Positions 62,899-64,000 of a stretch of 64,000 bases of DNA are shown one piece after another. Origin of the DNA: Nitrospira sp. (GTDB lineage Bacteria > Nitrospirota > Nitrospiria > Nitrospirales > Nitrospiraceae); assembly GCA_047150005.1 (NCBI GenBank), contig AP038806.1:2272001-2336000 (forward strand), given 5' to 3'. Position 1 is the stretch's first letter. Each line of letters opens with the position of its first letter. The notes beneath the pieces are model-generated. The model searched no databases. It was given only the letters and a program-made list of their open reading frames with translations, and was not told the origin of the DNA. Made by a program: the position numbers and the translations under genes.

Positions 62899-64000
62899 AT
62901 GAACATTCTTCGCACGTTATTGGATCGCCTCTCTGATAGTCTGTTCATCTCCGTGCCGGAGAAGATCAGACTGGCGCGAGACCTCTCGACGCCGCCATTG
63001 CGGCTTATTTCCGACAAGTCGATGCCCGCACCGGCTACGGACACGTTCGGTCGGCGCACGGCCGGTCAAACCGGCAGTCAGCTGGATACCCTCGACGAGG
63101 CGATCAAACGCAGTCAGAGCTGGTTCCTCTCGCGACAACACCCGTCTGAAGGGTATTGGGTCGCGGAGCTCGAAGCGGATACGACGCTGACGTCCGAATA
63201 CCTGATGTTGCGGCGGTTTCTTGATCGCGTCGATCCGGAGCGCGAGCGCAAGGCCGTGCGCTATCTCCGTTCCTCGCAGTTGTCCGACGGCGGCTGGTCG
63301 ATCTATCACGGCGGGCCGTCGGAGATCAGCGCGTCCGTCAAGGCGTATTTTGCCCTCAAGATGTCCGGAGTGTTCGCCGAAGAGCCGTGCATGGTGCGGG
63401 CTCGGGACCGCATTCTGGCCATGGGCGGCGTGGTGCAGGCGAATGTGTTCACCAAGATCACACTGGCCTTGTTCGATCAGTACGATTGGCAGGGGGTTCC
63501 GAGCATGCCGCCGGAGATCATGCTCCTGCCGAAACGGTTCTATTTCAGCATCTACGCCATTTCCTACTGGTCGCGCGCGGTGCTCATCCCGCTGTTGATC
63601 GTCTTTGCCCATCAGCCGGTCTGCCGCCTGCCCAAGGAACAAGGCATTGACGAGCTGTTCGTCACGCCCCGTCCCACCGTCCGGTACCGGCAGTTTCCTC
63701 CCTTCAACAAGGATCAAGGATGGTTCACCCCCCATAACGTATTCGTGGTGCTCGACGCCGTCTTGAAGCTCTATGACCGAATGCCCCTCGCGTGGGTGCG
63801 GGAGAAAGCGTTGTATCGGGCGGCGAGCTGGATGTTGGAGCACATCAAGGGAAGCGGCGGATTGGGCGCCATCTACCCGGCGATGGCGAATTCGATCGTC
63901 GCATTGCGTTGCCTCGGATACCAGGTCGACGATCCGTTGATTCAGAAGGCGTTGCGCGAGATCGAGGAACTTGAAATTCACGATACGGTTACGGTGGGAG
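62899..64000 (+). CDS. shc: squalene-hopene cyclase (3'-truncated by window)
   Basis: EGYWVAELEADTTLTSEY, QLSDGGWSIY, VKAYFALK, NVFTKI, ISYWSRAVLIPL, GLGAIYPAM; frame open to window end. Confidence 0.93.
   Translation, partial: MNILRTLLDRLSDSLFISVPEKIRLARDLSTPPLRLISDKSMPAPATDTFGRRTAGQTGSQLDTLDEAIKRSQSWFLSRQHPSEGYWVAELEADTTLTSEYLMLRRFLDRVDPERERKAVRYLRSSQLSDGGWSIYHGGPSEISASVKAYFALKMSGVFAEEPCMVRARDRILAMGGVVQANVFTKITLALFDQYDWQGVPSMPPEIMLLPKRFYFSIYAISYWSRAVLIPLLIVFAHQPVCRLPKEQGIDELFVTPRPTVRYRQFPPFNKDQGWFTPHNVFVVLDAVLKLYDRMPLAWVREKALYRAASWMLEHIKGSGGLGAIYPAMANSIVALRCLGYQVDDPLIQKALREIEELEIHDTVTVG

Noticed and set aside
62917..63981. 354-aa minus-strand ORF
   Set aside because: Shadow of shc, which the ORF track misses because it runs off the window

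Overview
GC-rich bacterial chromosomal window, almost certainly Nitrospira (Nitrospirota); this is inferred from gene content and order, not from a search. Most of it is core metabolism: fatty-acid genes (fabG end, acpP, fabF), rnc, twin cyclophilins, folD-metF-panB, apaH and queF. A near-complete reductive TCA carbon-fixation cluster follows (five-subunit 2-oxoacid:ferredoxin oxidoreductase, aclBA, aconitase, monomeric icd, an anchor-less fumarate reductase pair, sucC/sucD). The rest includes ahcY/metK, a System II cytochrome c maturation operon, bamD, fabH, pit/phoBR, ispH, smc and the start of squalene-hopene cyclase. Two accessory patches interrupt this. The first (~16-20.4 kb) holds an Rsm22/METTL17-like methyltransferase, an intact IS5-family element sitting in its stop codon, and a lower-GC membrane-anchored multi-zinc-ribbon HNH nuclease flanked by repeats. 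The second (~36-43.4 kb) holds DUF72, a ferritin-VIT1 fusion, PilZ-REC, an unannotated 41-aa Cys/His membrane microprotein, a histidine-kinase remnant, an ADH and an exported cyclase. Several families of non-coding palindromic or MITE-like repeats occupy the intergenic spacers. No rRNA, tRNA or CRISPR array was seen.
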